A stretch of 64,000 bases of DNA from Chara braunii (lineage: Eukaryota; Plantae; Charophyceae): assembly GCA_003427395.1 (NCBI GenBank), contig BFEA01000014.1, forward strand, positions 5,394,470 to 5,458,469, written 5' to 3'. Each line of letters begins with the position of its first letter. Positions within the stretch are counted from its first letter, which is position 1. Below the pieces are notes generated by a model. It was not told the origin of the DNA. It searched no databases and saw nothing but the letters and a program-made list of their open reading frames with translations. The translations under genes were made by a program, and so were the position numbers. This document shows, in pieces, positions 63,957-64,000 of the stretch.

Positions 63957-64000
<44 letters not shown>

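Overview
Repeat-rich, gapped eukaryotic nuclear sequence with 13 N-gaps (about 5.6 kb), many bordered by (CT)n/(CA)n microsatellites. It is from the green-plant lineage (plant-type CHX gene, plant-type U6/U2 sequence); a charophyte alga such as Chara is plausible but only inferred. One host gene is visible: a minus-strand CHX (CPA2) cation/H+ exchanger with two large exons (17969-16990, 13937-12429), a probable small terminal exon (12361-12281), and no visible first exon. A degenerate Ty3/gypsy chromovirus internal region (gag-PR-RT-RH-INT-chromodomain, minus strand, about 26.2-33.2 kb) has no LTR pair I can find. The rest is non-autonomous elements and tandem repeats: a TA-duplicating MITE that inserts at CTAG, a TTAA-specific MITE family, Harbinger-like and Mutator-like MITEs, and tRNA-derived SINEs. 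The strongest unexplained signal is six near-full-length, diverged U6 snRNA copies in about 58 kb of resolved sequence. Three have target-site duplications, most have A-rich tails, and three share a 4-nt insertion after the ACAGAGA box. This suggests a U6-derived SINE-like family spreading from a non-functional master. A TSD-flanked tailless U2 fragment, an organelle-type tRNA-Asn fragment and an untrimmed Nextera mate-pair adapter (15719-15751) are also present. All alignments were done by eye, and coordinates of degenerate repeats are approximate.
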